64,000 bases of DNA from Ranitomeya imitator (taxonomy: Eukaryota), in the NCBI RefSeq assembly GCF_032444005.1, contig NC_091289.1, positions 53,692,001 through 53,756,000 on the forward strand, in the 5' to 3' direction. The notes beneath the pieces are model-generated. The model had not been told where the DNA came from and ran no database searches. It saw only the letters and a list, made by a program, of their open reading frames with translations. Both the position numbers and the translations under genes were made by a program. The stretch's first letter is position 1. Each line of letters starts with the position of its first letter. Shown piece by piece: positions 50,673-62,944 of the stretch.

Positions 50673-50888
50673 GTAAGTGTAATAAACTATGTAGGGTCTT
50701 CAATGTATTGAAGGACCATTTCATAGGCTGCTTCAACAAGACCAAGGGGTCCATTTAAAAAATAAAATCTGGCACCAGTTTAAACTATAGACTTTTAAGA
50801 CTAGGATAAGGCTGATTAGATTCCACAGAAGAAGCCTAGCATTTATCAGTAACATACTTTATGGCTCTAAAATAGAAATAGACTTTCA

Positions 50889-51240
50889 GGCTATGTGCAC
50901 ACGTATATTGGTCCACTGCGGATTTTTCCGCAGCGGATTTGATAAACGCTGCGTTTTTGCTGCAGATTTATCACGGATTTACCGAGGATTTACCGCGGTT
51001 TTTCTGCGGATTTCACTGCGGTTTTACAACTGCGGTTTTCTATAGGAGCAGCTGTAAATCCGCTGCAGAATCCGCAGAAAGAAGTGACATGCTGCGGAAT
51101 GTAAACCACTGCATTTCTGTGCGTTTTTTTCCACAGCATGTGAACAGCGTTTTTTGTTTCCCATAGGTTTACATTGTAATGTAAACTCATGGGAAACTGC
51201 TGCGGACCCGCAGCGTTTTTCGCATCGTGGGCACATACCC
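50889..51240. mobile_element. Harbinger-type MITE (GGCTATGTGCAC family)
   Basis: Ends GGCTATGTGCAC / GGGCACATACCC|TTA; CCGCAG arrays. Confidence 0.75.
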
Positions 51241-51362
51241 TTACGGGCAACAGGTTTACATAGATCACAAGCCAGCATCTAAAAAAAAGGCTAGATATTA
51301 ATACATTTTTTCATGTACTGTACACATATCTAGAGTGGATAAATGGTCCGTGTCATCCAGGA

Positions 51363-51610
51363 TTTTATTATTTATCATGCTTTGCTTATATAGCACCATT
51401 AATTACGCAGCACATTACAGACATGATCATCGCTGTCTCCATTGGAGCTCACAATCTAAATACCCTGTCTTTGAAGTGCTGGAGAAACCAGAGAACCTGG
51501 AGGAAACCAATGCATAAATGTGGAGAACATACAAACTCCTTGCAGATGTTCCTGGTGGGATGTGAACCTGGGACCCCAGCGCTGCACATCAGTGCTAACC
51601 ACTGAGCCAC
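51363..51610 (-). mobile_element. tRNA-derived V-SINE-type element with an L2-like tail
   Basis: A box TGGCTCAGTGG (51609-51599), B box GGTTCACATCC (51568-51558), core GAGTTTGTATGTTCTCC...GGTTTCCTCC, tail GATTGTGAGCTCC...GCTATATAA. Confidence 0.75.
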
Positions 51611-51908
51611 TTTGTGTGGCTCAGGCAGTTCCAAAACGTAATGGCAACATTAAGAAACCATTTTTTGTCTATCTCCGCCCTTCTCTGACTCTGGTAAAGC
51701 CAGAGCTATCAATAATAGAAGAGGAGGGCAGAGATCGATTGAGAACAAATAGATGGGAAGGCGCATGGAGCACATTAGCATATTTGAGTAAAGGTTTCTG
51801 GCAAATGCAACAATGGATTTGAACACAAAAAGTACACTTTTTATTAGTGCTACCTCCCTACAAGATGTTGTGCTTGCTTTGGTAATTTTCTGCTGGCACA
51901 CTCCCTTA

Positions 51909-52823
51909 GGCCGGTTTCACATGTCAGTGGCTCCGTACGTGAGGTGACAGTTTCCTCACGTACCGGAGACACTGACACACGTAGACACAGTTAAATCAAT
52001 GCATATGTGCAGATGTCATTGATTTTTTGCGGACCGTGTCTCCGTGTTTGGCCGTGTGCCAAACACGGAGACATGTCAGTGTTCGTGGGAGTGCATGCAT
52101 TACACGGACCCATTGTCCGTGTGCAGTCCGTGTGCCTCGCAGGAGACAGCGCTACTGTAAGCGCTGTCACCCCCACTGGTGCTGAAGCCGCGATTCATAT
52201 CCTCCCTGCAGCAGCGTTTGCTGTAGAGAAGATATGAATAATCGTGTTTAAAATAAAGCTCCATGTCCCCCCCCCCGCTGTTCTTAAAATACTCACCCGG
52301 CTCCCTCGCTGGCTGGTGCTGCTTCCTGTCCTGGCCGCACCTTCTACTGTATGAGCGGTCACGTGGGGCCGCCCATTACAATCATAGGGGTGGAGCCGCA
52401 TATTCATTACTGTAAATGAGCGGCCCCACGTGACCGCTCATACAGTAGAAGGTGCGGCCAGGACAGGAAGCAGCGCCAGCCAGCGAGGGAGGCGGGTGAG
52501 TATTTTAATAACAGCAGGCGGGCGCACAGGGGGTGGGAGGGGGTGGGCACATGGATATTTATTTTAAACACGATTATTCATATCTTCTCTACAGCAAACG
52601 CTGCTGCAGGGAAGATATGAATCGCGGCTTCAGCACCAGATGCAGGGGACAGCGCTAAACTTTAGCGCTGTCTCCCGCACGGTGCGTGTGATACCCAGTG
52701 GGCACACGGGCGGCACACGTGTGCCACACTGATGTGCCACAGAAACGCACCAACACATGGACACGGATAATTCCGATACCGATTTTTCCGGTACCGGAAT
52801 TATCTGGACTTGTGAGACTGGCC
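51909..52823. mobile_element. Harbinger-type MITE (GGCCGGTTTCACA family)
   Basis: TIRs GGCCGGTTTCACA / TGTGAGACTGGCC, TTA on both flanks, large internal inverted repeat; truncated relative at about 59525-60120. Confidence 0.8.
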
Positions 52824-52827
52824 TTAA

Positions 52828-53150
52828 GGCTATGTGCACATGCTGCGGATCTGCAGCTGTTTTCCATGCGTTTACAGTACCATGTAAACCTATGGAAAAC
52901 AAAATCCGCAGTGCACATGCGGAAAAAAAACACGCGGAAATGCAGCGGTTTACATTCCGCAGCATGTCAATTCTTTGTGCGGATTCTGCAGCGGTTTACA
53001 TCTGCTCCTCAATAGGAATCCGCAGGGGTAAAACCGCAGGTGGAAACCGCACAAAAATCGTGGTAAATCCGCAGTGCGGTTTACCTGTGGATTTACCAAA
53101 ATCAGTGCGGAAAAAATCAGCACACCATTCCGCAGCGTGTACACATACCC
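52828..53150. mobile_element. Harbinger-type MITE (GGCTATGTGCAC family)
   Basis: GGCTATGTGCACA / TGTACACATACCC|TTA; abuts the previous MITE across TTAA. Confidence 0.75.
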
Positions 53151-54159
53151 TTAAATTACCATTAGTCACCTGTTAAATCCATTTATCACCTTTTCATATT
53201 ACATTGCCCATATAATTGCAAGTCAACTGGTGGGGTCCAGGTCCTGGGAGCCCCACTGATTGCTCAAAGACCCGTCCACCCATCCGAGAGGTGCAGAGCT
53301 TTAGAGACTGTAGCACACATCTTCTGGCTGAGAAAGTATAGGATTCGTAGTATACTATCCTCATACACGTCAGCAGGGTGTGCAATGAGACATGTAGCTA
53401 AACCCCCTGTCTTCTTTAAGAAAAGAGGCTGTAAAATTGTAACCTTTTGATGATTGCAGATGTGACAGGAAAGGGTGAAACTATAGGATGCAATAACAGG
53501 AGCATTTCAGAATATATAACTGCACAGAGCATGAAACACAAATAGTCTGCAATACACAGGTAACATGAGGAATTATACAAACTGATGATTACCTACTTAG
53601 TACAACAAACGTATTGATAAACACAGGATTATAACACATAGATAGTGCTTACCAACTATGCTTAGAGCAGGCTGTTTAAAGGCAAGGTGCCGCGTTTTAT
53701 TTTTTTGTATTAAAAATGATTGTTTATATAAACAATTATTTTTAATATAAATTTACATTTTTTTACTTTAACATTTGTTTATTATTATTTTTTTTTCAGC
53801 CACTGGGCACCACCATTTTGCTTTGCAGGAGTGTAAGTGTAGCTGCACGACACTCTGCAAATACGGCAGCCCTGGGCATAGACATCTGCGGTCGGCATCC
53901 GACCCTATACTTTGCATTGAGCTGCTCCCTGCTGTGATCTGGCCACGCCCCCTGAGCTGTCCACATCACAGCAGAGGCAGGAGGTCGGCGCCATCTTTCT
54001 GGAGCTCACAGTGTATCTGTGAGCTCGTTTCCCAGTATAATTGCAGGAGCCCTGCGGTTATAGGAGGAGGAGACCAAGGACGGGAGGGAGAAGACTCAGC
54101 AGCGGAGCAGTGAAGTATCAGTGGGGGAGGGGGTGAGGCAATCTAATCCTATCCTTTGT

Positions 54160-54385
54160 TATGCTGACTCTTAGCAGTGTATCTCCTCCCATGTGTGTTA
54201 CTGTGCTGACTGTGTATCTACTCCTCTCCTGTGTGATACTGTCTGCTGAGCCATGTATCTAATCCTATCTTGTGTGATACTGACTGAGCTGTGTATCTAA
54301 TCCTCTCCTGTGTGATACTGTCTGCTGAGCCATGCATCTCATCCTATCCTGTGTGATACTGACTGAGCCATGCATCTAATCCTGT
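54160..54385. repeat. About 35-45-bp degenerate minisatellite (GTGTATCTAATCCT.TCCTGTGTGATACTG)
   Basis: Five to six tandem degenerate units. Confidence 0.7.
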
Positions 54386-54522
54386 GCTAGGGAGACATGT
54401 GCACAACAGCTTAGCGGTGCCAGGGTAGGTTCCCAAACCGTAGTGATAAAATAGAGCAAAACCCGGCACTCAACTTAGCAGTGAAGTATGTGGTAGATTT
54501 ATTGATCCCAATATACAACAAA

Positions 54523-54555
54523 GACGTTTCGGTCCCAGTCCGGGACCTTCATCAG
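54523..54555 (-). ncRNA. Minimal hammerhead-ribozyme-like motif with a canonical core (Penelope terminal repeat remnant)
   Basis: The - strand reads CTGATGA-A-GGTCCC-ggact-GGGACC-GAAA-CG-TC; stem I is weak. GGCACTC and TTTATT lie nearby on the + strand (54465-54503). Confidence 0.6.
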
Positions 54556-55634
54556 TAACGTATAAGGGAATGTGCTATGATGAGAGAAACGGCTGTGTAT
54601 GCCCGTAATAAGAGCGAATGTTAAATGGAAATTTTTTCAGTTGTGGGTGGGACATAACCTGTGCCCCCGAGAGGTGCTGCGCCCCCTGATAGTATAAACT
54701 CATATGATCTCTAGCGTGGGAATTTTTCTGAATTGTTTCTCTCTAGAGTTCATATGAGTTTATACCAGCAGGGGGCGCAGCACTGCAAGTCTACCATGCT
54801 ACGTTCCCCTGCATTCCATTCATTCCCCAGATTTTACAGTCAGGAGCACAGCTGCACTAGCAGGCTCCTGGCTGTAAATTTTTTTAACCCCTCCAGATGG
54901 ATTTACAGCGTGTGACGTGACTGAGCGCCGGAAAGGTATGGGATATTGTTGGTTTTTAATTTTTTTTCTTTTACAGAACAAGGGTCGTCATTTGCATTAA
55001 GAGTATAATAAACTATTACAACACCCTGTGTCTTTATTTCAATAAAATACTTTTTTTCCTAATGTGTGTGTGTTTTATTAACCATTTACTACTATTGGAT
55101 TAATAATGGATATGTGTCTTCTTGACAACTCTCCATTATTAACCAGGCTTAATGTCACCTTACAATAGCAAGGTGGCATTAACTCTTTATTACCCCATAT
55201 CCCACCGCTACAGGGGTGTGGAAAGAGAGAGGCTAAGTGCCAGAACAGGCGCATCTTCCAGATGTGCCTTTTCTGGGTTGGCTGGGGGCAAGAGGTTTTT
55301 AGCCAGGGGGGGGGGCAATATCCATGGTCCCTCTCTAGGCTATTAATATCTGCCCTCAGTCACTGGCTTTCCCACTCTGGCGGAGAAAATTGCGCAGGAG
55401 CCCACACCAGTTTTCTCTGTGAATTAACCCTTTATTTTAACAGCTACAGCCCCCAAATTTTGCACACACACACTACTAACATAATGGTTTACTGTATGTA
55501 AACCATGTCTCATATCCTGTCGGGTTTGGGAAGGAGATAGCAAAAGCTGGCAATTGAATTAACGGCTTTTCTGCTATCTTGTGCTGTATGAAATATAAAT
55601 ATATGTGTCTCACTGACATATATATATATACATA

Positions 55635-57286
55635 CAGTTAGGGCCAGAAATATTTGGACAGTGACACAATTTTCGCGAGTTGGGCTCTGCATGCCACCAC
55701 ATTGGATTTGAAATGAAACCTCTACAACAGAATTCAAGTGCAGATTGTAACGTTTAATTTGAAGGGTTGAACAAAAATATCTGATAGAAAATGTAGGAAT
55801 TGTACACATTTCTTTACAAACACTCCACATTTTAGGAGGTCAAAAGTAATTGGACAAATAAACATAACCCAAACAAAATATTTTTATTTTCAATATTTTG
55901 TTGCAAATCCTTTGGAGGCAATCACTGCCTTAAGTCTGGAACCCATGGACATCACCAAACGCTGGGTTTCCTCCTTCTTAATGCTTTGCCAGGCCTTTAC
56001 AGCCGCAGCCTTCAGGTCTTGCTTGTTTGTGGGTCTTTCCGTCTTAAGTCTGGATTTGAGCAAGTGAAATGCATGCTCAATTAGGTTTAGATCTGGAGAT
56101 TGACTTGGCCATTGCAGAATGTTCCACTTTTTGGCACTCATGAACTCCTGGGTAGCTTTGGCTGTATGCTTGGGGTCATTGTCCATCTGTACTATGAAGC
56201 GCCGTCCAATCAACTTTGCAGCATTTGGCTGAATCTGGGCTGAAAGTATATCCCGGTACACTTCAGAATTCATCCGGCTACTCTTGTCTGCTCTTATGTC
56301 ATCAATAAACACAAGTGACCCAGTGCCATTGAAAGCCATGCATGCCCATGCCATCACGTTGCCTCCACCATGTTTTACAGAGGATGTGGTGTGCCTTGGA
56401 TCATGTGCCGTTCCCTTTCTTCTCCAAACTTTTTTCTTCCCATCATTCTGGTACAGGTTGATCTTTGTTTCATCTGTCCATAGAATACTTTTCCAGAACT
56501 GAGCTGGCTTCTTGAGGTGTTTTTCTGCAAATTTAACTCTGGCCTGTCTATTTTTGGTATTGATGAATGGTTTGCATCTAGATGTGAACCCTTTGTATTT
56601 ACTGTCATGGAGTCTTCTCTTTACTGTTGACTTAGAGACAGATACACCTACTTCACTGAGAGTGTTCTGGACTTCAGTTGATGTTGTGAACGGGTTCTTC
56701 TTCACCAAATTAAGTATGCGGCGATCATCCACCACTGTTGTCATCCGTGGACGCCCAGGCCTTTTTGAGTTCCCAAGCTCACCAGTCATTTCCTTTTTTC
56801 TCAGAATGTACCCAACTGTTGATTTTGCTACTCCAAGCATGTCTGCTATCTCTCTGGTGGATTTTTTCTTTTTTTTCAGCCTCAGGATGTTCTGCTTCAC
56901 CTCAATTGAGAGTTCCTTTGACCGCATGTTGTCTGCTCACAGCAACAGCTTCCAAATGCAAAACCACACACCTGGAATCCACCCCTGACCTTTTAACTAC
57001 TTCATTGATTACAGGTTAACGAGGGAGACGCCTTCAGAGTTAATTGCAGCCCTTAGAGTCCATTGTCCAATTACTTTTGGTCCTTTGAAAAAGAGGACGC
57101 TATGCATTACAGAGCTATGATTCCTAAACCCTTTCTCCGATTTGGATGTGGAAACTATCATATTGCAGCTGGGAGTGTGCACTTTCAGCCCATATTACAT
57201 ATATAATTTTATTTCTGAACATGTTTTTGTAAACAGCTAAAATAACAAAACTTGTGTCACTGTCCAAATATTTCTGGCCCTAACTG
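55635..57286 (-). mobile_element. Full-length Tc1 element (1652 bp)
   Basis: Perfect 35-bp terminal inverted repeat CAGTTAGGGCCAGAAATATTTGGACAGTGACACAA, TA flanks, inner repeat AAAAGTAATTGGACAA (IR/DR-like). Confidence 0.97.
55890..56927 (-). CDS. Intact Tc1 DD34E transposase (345 aa)
   Basis: Paired-like HTH N-terminus, GRPR, WTDETK, KHGGG, MDNDPKH and SPDLNLIEH with 34 residues between the D and E; no stops. Confidence 0.95.
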   Translation of the reverse strand: MRSKELSIEVKQNILRLKKKKKSTREIADMLGVAKSTVGYILRKKEMTGELGNSKRPGRPRMTTVVDDRRILNLVKKNPFTTSTEVQNTLSEVGVSVSKSTVKRRLHDSKYKGFTSRCKPFINTKNRQARVKFAEKHLKKPAQFWKSILWTDETKINLYQNDGKKKVWRRKGTAHDPRHTTSSVKHGGGNVMAWACMAFNGTGSLVFIDDIRADKSSRMNSEVYRDILSAQIQPNAAKLIGRRFIVQMDNDPKHTAKATQEFMSAKKWNILQWPSQSPDLNLIEHAFHLLKSRLKTERPTNKQDLKAAAVKAWQSIKKEETQRLVMSMGSRLKAVIASKGFATKY

Positions 57287-57306
57287 TATATATATATAGA
57301 TATATA

Positions 57307-58915
57307 CAGTGGGGCAAAAAAGTATTTAGTCAGTCAGCAATAGTGCAAGTTCCACCACTTAAAAAGATGAGAGGCGTCTGTAATTTACATCATAGGTAGA
57401 CCTCAACTATGGGAGACAAACTGAGAAAAAAAAAATCCAGAAAATCACATTGTCTGTTTTTTTATCATCTTTTTTGCATTTTATGGTGAAAAATAAGTAT
57501 TTGGTCAGAAACAAACAATCAAGATTTCTGGCTCTCACAGACCTGTAACTTCTTCTTTAAGAGTATCCTCTTTCCTCCACTCATTACCTGTAGTAATGGC
57601 ACCTGTTTAAACTTGTTATCAGTATAAAAAGACACCTGTGCACACCCTCAAACAGTCTGACTCCAAACTCCACTATGGTGAAGACCAAAGAGCTGTCAAA
57701 GGACACCAGAAACAAAATTGTAGCCCTGCACCAGGCTGGGAAGACTGAATCTGCAATAGCCAACCAGCTTGGAGTGAAGAAATCAACAGTGGGAGCAATA
57801 ATTAGAAAATGGAAGACATACAAGACCACTGATAATCTCCCTCGATCTGGGGCTCCACGCAAAATCCCACCCCGTGGGGTCAGAATGATCACAAGAACGG
57901 TGAGCAAAAATCCCAGAACCACGCGGGGGGACCTAGTGAATGAACTGCAGAGAGCTGGGACCAATGTAACAAGGCCTACCATAAGTAACACACTACGCCA
58001 CCATGGACTCAGATCCTGCAGTGCCAGACGTGTCCCACTGCTTAAGCCAGTACATGTCCGGGCCCGTCTGAAGTTTGCTAGAGAGCATTTGGATGATCCA
58101 GAGGAGTTTTGGGAGAATGTCCTATGGTCTGATGAAACCAAACTGGAACTGTTTGGTAGAAACACAACTTGTCGTGTTTGGAGGAAAAAGAATACTGAGT
58201 TGCATCCATCAAAACACCATACCTACTGTAAAGCATGGTGGTGGAAACATCATGCTTTGGGGCTGTTTCTCTGCTAAGGGGCCAGGACGACTGATCCGGG
58301 TACATAAAAGAATGAATGGGGTCATGTATCGTAAGATTTTGAGTGCAAACCTCCTTCCATCAGCAAGGGCATTGAAGATGAAGCGTGGCTGGGTCTTTCA
58401 ACATGACAATGATCCAAAGCACACCGCCAGGGCAACGAAGGAGTGGCTTCGTAAGAAGCATTTCAAGGTCCTGGAGTGGCCTAGCCAGTCTCCAGATCTC
58501 AACCCTATAGAAAAACTTTGGAGGGAGTTGAAAGTCCGTGTTGCCAAGCGAAAAGCCAAAAACATCACTGCTCTAGAGGAGATCTGCATGGAGGAATGGG
58601 CCAACATACCAACAACAGTGTGTGGCAACCTTGTGAAGACTTACAGAAAACGTTTGACCTCTGTCATTGCCAACAAAGGATATATTACAAAGTATTGAGA
58701 TGAAATTTTGTTTCTGACCAAATACTTATTTTCCACCATAATATGCAAATAAAATGTTAAGAAAACAGACAATGTGATTTTCTGGATTTTTTTTTTCTCA
58801 GTTTGTCTCCCATAGTTGAGGTCTACCTATGATGTAAATTACAGACGCCTCTCATCTTTTTAAGTGGTGGAACTTGCACTATTGCTGACTGACTAAATAC
58901 TTTTTTGCCCCACTG
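57307..58915 (+). mobile_element. Full-length Tc1 element (1609 bp) with long TIRs of more than 200 bp
   Basis: CAGTGGGGCAAAAAAGTATTTAGTCAGTCAGC... is mirrored at the right end; TA flanks. Confidence 0.97.
57675..58698 (+). pseudogene. Tc1 DD34E transposase with one frameshift near 58210
   Basis: [10 protein letters not shown]...WSDETK in one frame; KHGGG...HDNDPKH...SPDLNPIE...KGYITKY in the overlapping frame. Confidence 0.93.
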
Positions 58916-60127
58916 TATATATAGCGAGAGAGACTGTATATATGTTTTCAAGAATATTTGAGCCCATGGATCCATTCTATATCCATTTTGAAAGCCGGCG
59001 ATAAAATCTCGCCGTACGGATGCCATACGGATTACATACGGAGGTTTACATGCACAAAATACGCAGCCACACCCTGCCTACGAATGACATACGGTTTTGG
59101 GATAATTTCTGCGTATTATGCATGTAAAATACGGACCGTATTTCCCTACGCTGAGTGTGACGCCGGCCTAACTCTGCAGTCACCAACAAAATGGCTTCTC
59201 ACTGTGTTCCTGAATATCATCCTCTCTTATCCCTTAGCAAACACCCAGAAGGGGAGGAGAGGAGACGTCACACATGTCAACAGACTCCGCCCATAATTAC
59301 TGCAGTGCTGTAATGTGAGCTAGTTGTACACTAGGTTTTTGTCAAATTTCATTAGCTGCTCCCCCCTAGTGTTTTAAAGTGGAAATGCCAAACCTTTTCA
59401 AATTATTTTTCATATTTTACTAAATTATAAACAAATAATATTTTTTAAGAAAATGTAAACATTAATTCTTTACATTTTTCCCATCGCTGGAAAAAAAACA
59501 TTTTTTTGATGGCACCTTCCCTTTAGACCGGTTTCACACGTCAGTGGCTCCGATATGTGAGGTGACAGTTTCCTCACGTACCGGAGCCACTGACACACAT
59601 AGACGCATTAAAATCAATGCATCTGTGCAGATGTCATTGATTTTTTGCGGACCGTGTCTCCGTGTGCCAAACACGGAGACATGTCAGTGTTCGTGGGAGC
59701 GCACGGATTACACGGACCCATTAAAGTCAATGGGTCCGTGTAAAACACGTACCGCACACGGACGTTGTCCGTGTGCCGTGCAGAAGACAGCGCTCCAGTA
59801 AGCGCTGTCCCCCCACATGGTGCTGAAACCGCGATCCATATCTTCTGTGCAGCAGCGTTTGCTGCAGAGAAGATATGAATAATCCATTTTTTTGTGGTTT
59901 TTTGTGTATAAAATAAAGGTCCTTGTCCCCACCCCCTGTGCGCCCCCCCCCCCCCCGCTGTTCTGAAAATACTCACCCAGCTCCCTCGTTGGCTGTCGCT
60001 GCTTCCTCTCCTGGCCGCTCCTTCTACTGTATGCGGTCACGTGGGGCCGCCGATTACAGTCATGAATATGCGGCTCGACCTCCCATAGGGGTGGAGCCGC
60101 ATATTCATTACTGTAAATTGCTCTGCC

Positions 60128-62944
60128 ATGCACCCAAACAGTGGTTTACCCCCACATATGGGGTATCAGCGTACTCAGAACAAATTGTACAACAACTTTT
60201 GGGGTCCATTTTCTCCTGTTACCCTTGGTAAAATAAAACAAATTAGAGCTGAAGTAAATTTTTTGTGAAAAAAAGTTAAATGTTCATTTTTTTTTAAACA
60301 TTCCAAAAATTCCTGTAAAACACCTGAAGGGTTAATAAACATCTTGAATGTGGTTTTGAGCACCTTGAGGGGTGCAGTTTTTAGAATGGTGTCACACTTG
60401 GTTATTTTCTATCATATAGACCCCTCAAAATGAATTCAAATGTGATGTGGTCCCTAAAAAATATTGGTGTTGTAAAAATGAGAAATTGCTGGTCAACTTT
60501 TAACCCTTATAACTCCCTAACAAAAAAAAAATTTGGTTCCAAAATTGTGCTGATGTAAAGTAGACATGTGGGAAATGTTACTTATTAATTACTAGCTGAA
60601 GAGCCCGGCGTTGCCTGGGCATAGTAAATATCTGTGGTTAGTTATAGCACCTCACTTCTCTTATTTTCCCATCACGCCTGTCATTTTCCCAATCACATCT
60701 TTCATTTTCCCCCTCACATCTCTCATTTTCTCCCTCACACCTCTCATTTTCTCCCTCACTCCTCTCATTCCCCCCTAACACTTGTAATTTCAACCTCACA
60801 TCTGTCATTTTCTGATCACTCCACAATTTTTCCTCACTCCTCTCATTTTGCACTCACACCTTTTCATTTTCACCTCACACCTCTCATTTTCACCTCATCA
60901 CCTCAGTATATACATGTTTGTCATCTCCCTTATATATAGTATACATCTGTATGTCATCTCCTGTATATAGTATATACCTGCTGTGTGTCATCTCCCCTAT
61001 ATATAGTATATACCTGAATGTCATCTCCTATATATAGTATATACCTGTATGTCATCTCCTCCTGTATATATATACCTGTGTGTCATCTCCCCTGTATATA
61101 TCTGTGTGTCATCTCCTCCTGTATATAGTATATACCTGTAGGTCATCTGCTCCTGTATATAGTATATACCTGTGTGTCATCTCCTCCTGTATATAGTATA
61201 TACCTGTATGTGATCTCCTCCTGTATATGTGTGTACCTGTATGTCATCTCCTCCTCTATATAGTATATACCTGTGTGTCATCTCTCCTGTATATAGTATA
61301 TATCTGTGTGTCATCTCCCCTGTATATAGTATATACCTGTGTCATCTCCTCCTGTATTAGACCTCGTTCACACGTTATTTGCTCAGTATTTTTACCTCAG
61401 TATTTGTAAGCTAAATTGGCAGCCTGATAAATCCCCAGCCAACAGGAAGCCCTCCCCCTGGCAGTATATATTAGCTCACACATACACATAATAGACAGGT
61501 CATGTGACTGACAGCTGCCGTATTTCCTATATGGTACATTTGTTGTAGTTTGTCTGCTTATTAATCAGATTTTTATTTTTGAAGGATAATACCAGACTTG
61601 TGTGTGTTTTAGGGCGAGTTTCGTTTGTCAAGTTGTGTGTGTTGAGTTGCGTGTGGCGACATGCATGTAGCGACTTTTGTGAGATGAGTTTTGTGTGGCA
61701 ACATGCGTGTAGCAACTTTTTGTGTGTCGAGTTGCATGTGACAGGTTAGTGTAGCAAGTTGTGTGCAGCAAGTTTTGCGCATGGCGAGTTTTGCGCGTGG
61801 CGAGTTTTATGTGTGGTGCCTTTTGAGTATGTACAAGTTTTGTGTGAGGCAACTTTTGCATGTGTTGCAACTTTTGCGCATGTGGCAATTTTTCCGCGTG
61901 TGCAAGTTTTGCGTGTGGCGAGTTTACCATGAGGTGAGTTTTGCACTTGTGGCGAGTTTTGCAAGAGCCTAGTTTTTGCATGTGGCGAGTTCTGCGCATG
62001 GCGAGTTTTGAGTGGCGACTTTTGTGTTTCGACTTTTATGTGGCGAGGTTGGTGTATTTGTGGTGAAATGTGTGCTGAGGGTAATATGTGTTCAAGCACG
62101 TGGTAGTGTGTGGCGCATTTTGTGTGTGTTCATATCCCCGTGTGTGGTGAGTATCCCATGTCGGGGCCCCACCTTATCAACTGTACGGTATATACTCTTT
62201 GGCGCCATCGCTCTCATTCTTTAAGTCCCCCTTGTTCACATCTGGCAGCTGTTAATTTGCCTCCTACACTTTTCCTTTCATTTTTTCCCATTATGTAGAT
62301 AGGGGCAAAATTGTTTGGTGAATTGGAAAGCGCGGGGTTAAAATTTCACCTCACAACATAGCCTATGACGCTCTCGGGGTCCAGACGTGTGACTGTGCAA
62401 AATTTTGTGGCTGTAGCTTCGACGCCTCCAACACTTTTCCTTTCACTTTTTTCCCCATTATGTAGATAGGGGCAAAATTGTTTAGTGAATTGGAAAGCAC
62501 GGGGTTAAAATTTCACCTCACAACATAGCCTATGATGCTCTCGGGGTCCAGACGTGTGACTGTGCAAAATTTTGTGGCTGTAGCTGCGACAGTGCAGATG
62601 CCAATCCCGGACATACACACACATATACACACACACACACACATTCAGCTTTATATATTAGATTTTGTGTGACATATCTCTGTGATTTAAGGGCATAAAA
62701 ATTCAAAGTTGGAAAATTGCAAAATTTTCAGCAAACTTCCGTTTTTTTTTCACAAATAAACGCACGTTATATCTAAGAAATTTTACCACTATCATGAAGT
62801 ACAATATGTCACGAGAAAACAATGTCAGAATCGCCAAGATCCGTTGAAGCGTTCCAGAGTTATAACCTCATAAAGGGACAGTGGTCAGAATTGTAAAAAT
62901 TGGCCTGGTCATTAACGTGCAAACGACCCTTGGGGCTTAAGGGG
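60128..62944. mobile_element. TTAA-flanked (piggyBac-like, CCCCTT end) non-autonomous repeat fragment split by Helitron 3
   Basis: The right end is TTAAGGGG|TTAA; the sequence reads continuously across the Helitron site (TTATTAATTA|TTTTGTGTGAC). The classification is inferred. Confidence 0.5.
60592..62662 (-). mobile_element. Non-autonomous Helitron 3 (second family) carrying four different tandem arrays
   Basis: The - strand 5' end is A|TCTAATATATAAAGCTG; the 3' hairpin GCCCAGG-caacg-CCGGGC is followed by TCTTCAGCTAG|T. Arrays lie at about 60660-60900, 60920-61360, 61600-62050 and 62290-62590 (~155-bp duplication). Confidence 0.85.

Larger units (their letters stand above)
54760..59168 (-). 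mobile_element. Second copy of family X, split by two Tc1 elements inserted in its (TA)n tract
   Basis: Reverse-complement match to 10986-11750 and 18427-18540; ends GTGTGACGCCGGCC|TAA. Confidence 0.7.

Noticed and set aside
53790-54115. Strong acceptor-like TTTTTTCAG at about 53799 as an extra exon of the LRR gene
   Set aside because: The downstream sequence looks like a repeat remnant, and exon 2 already joins exon 3 in phase to complete the LRRCT.
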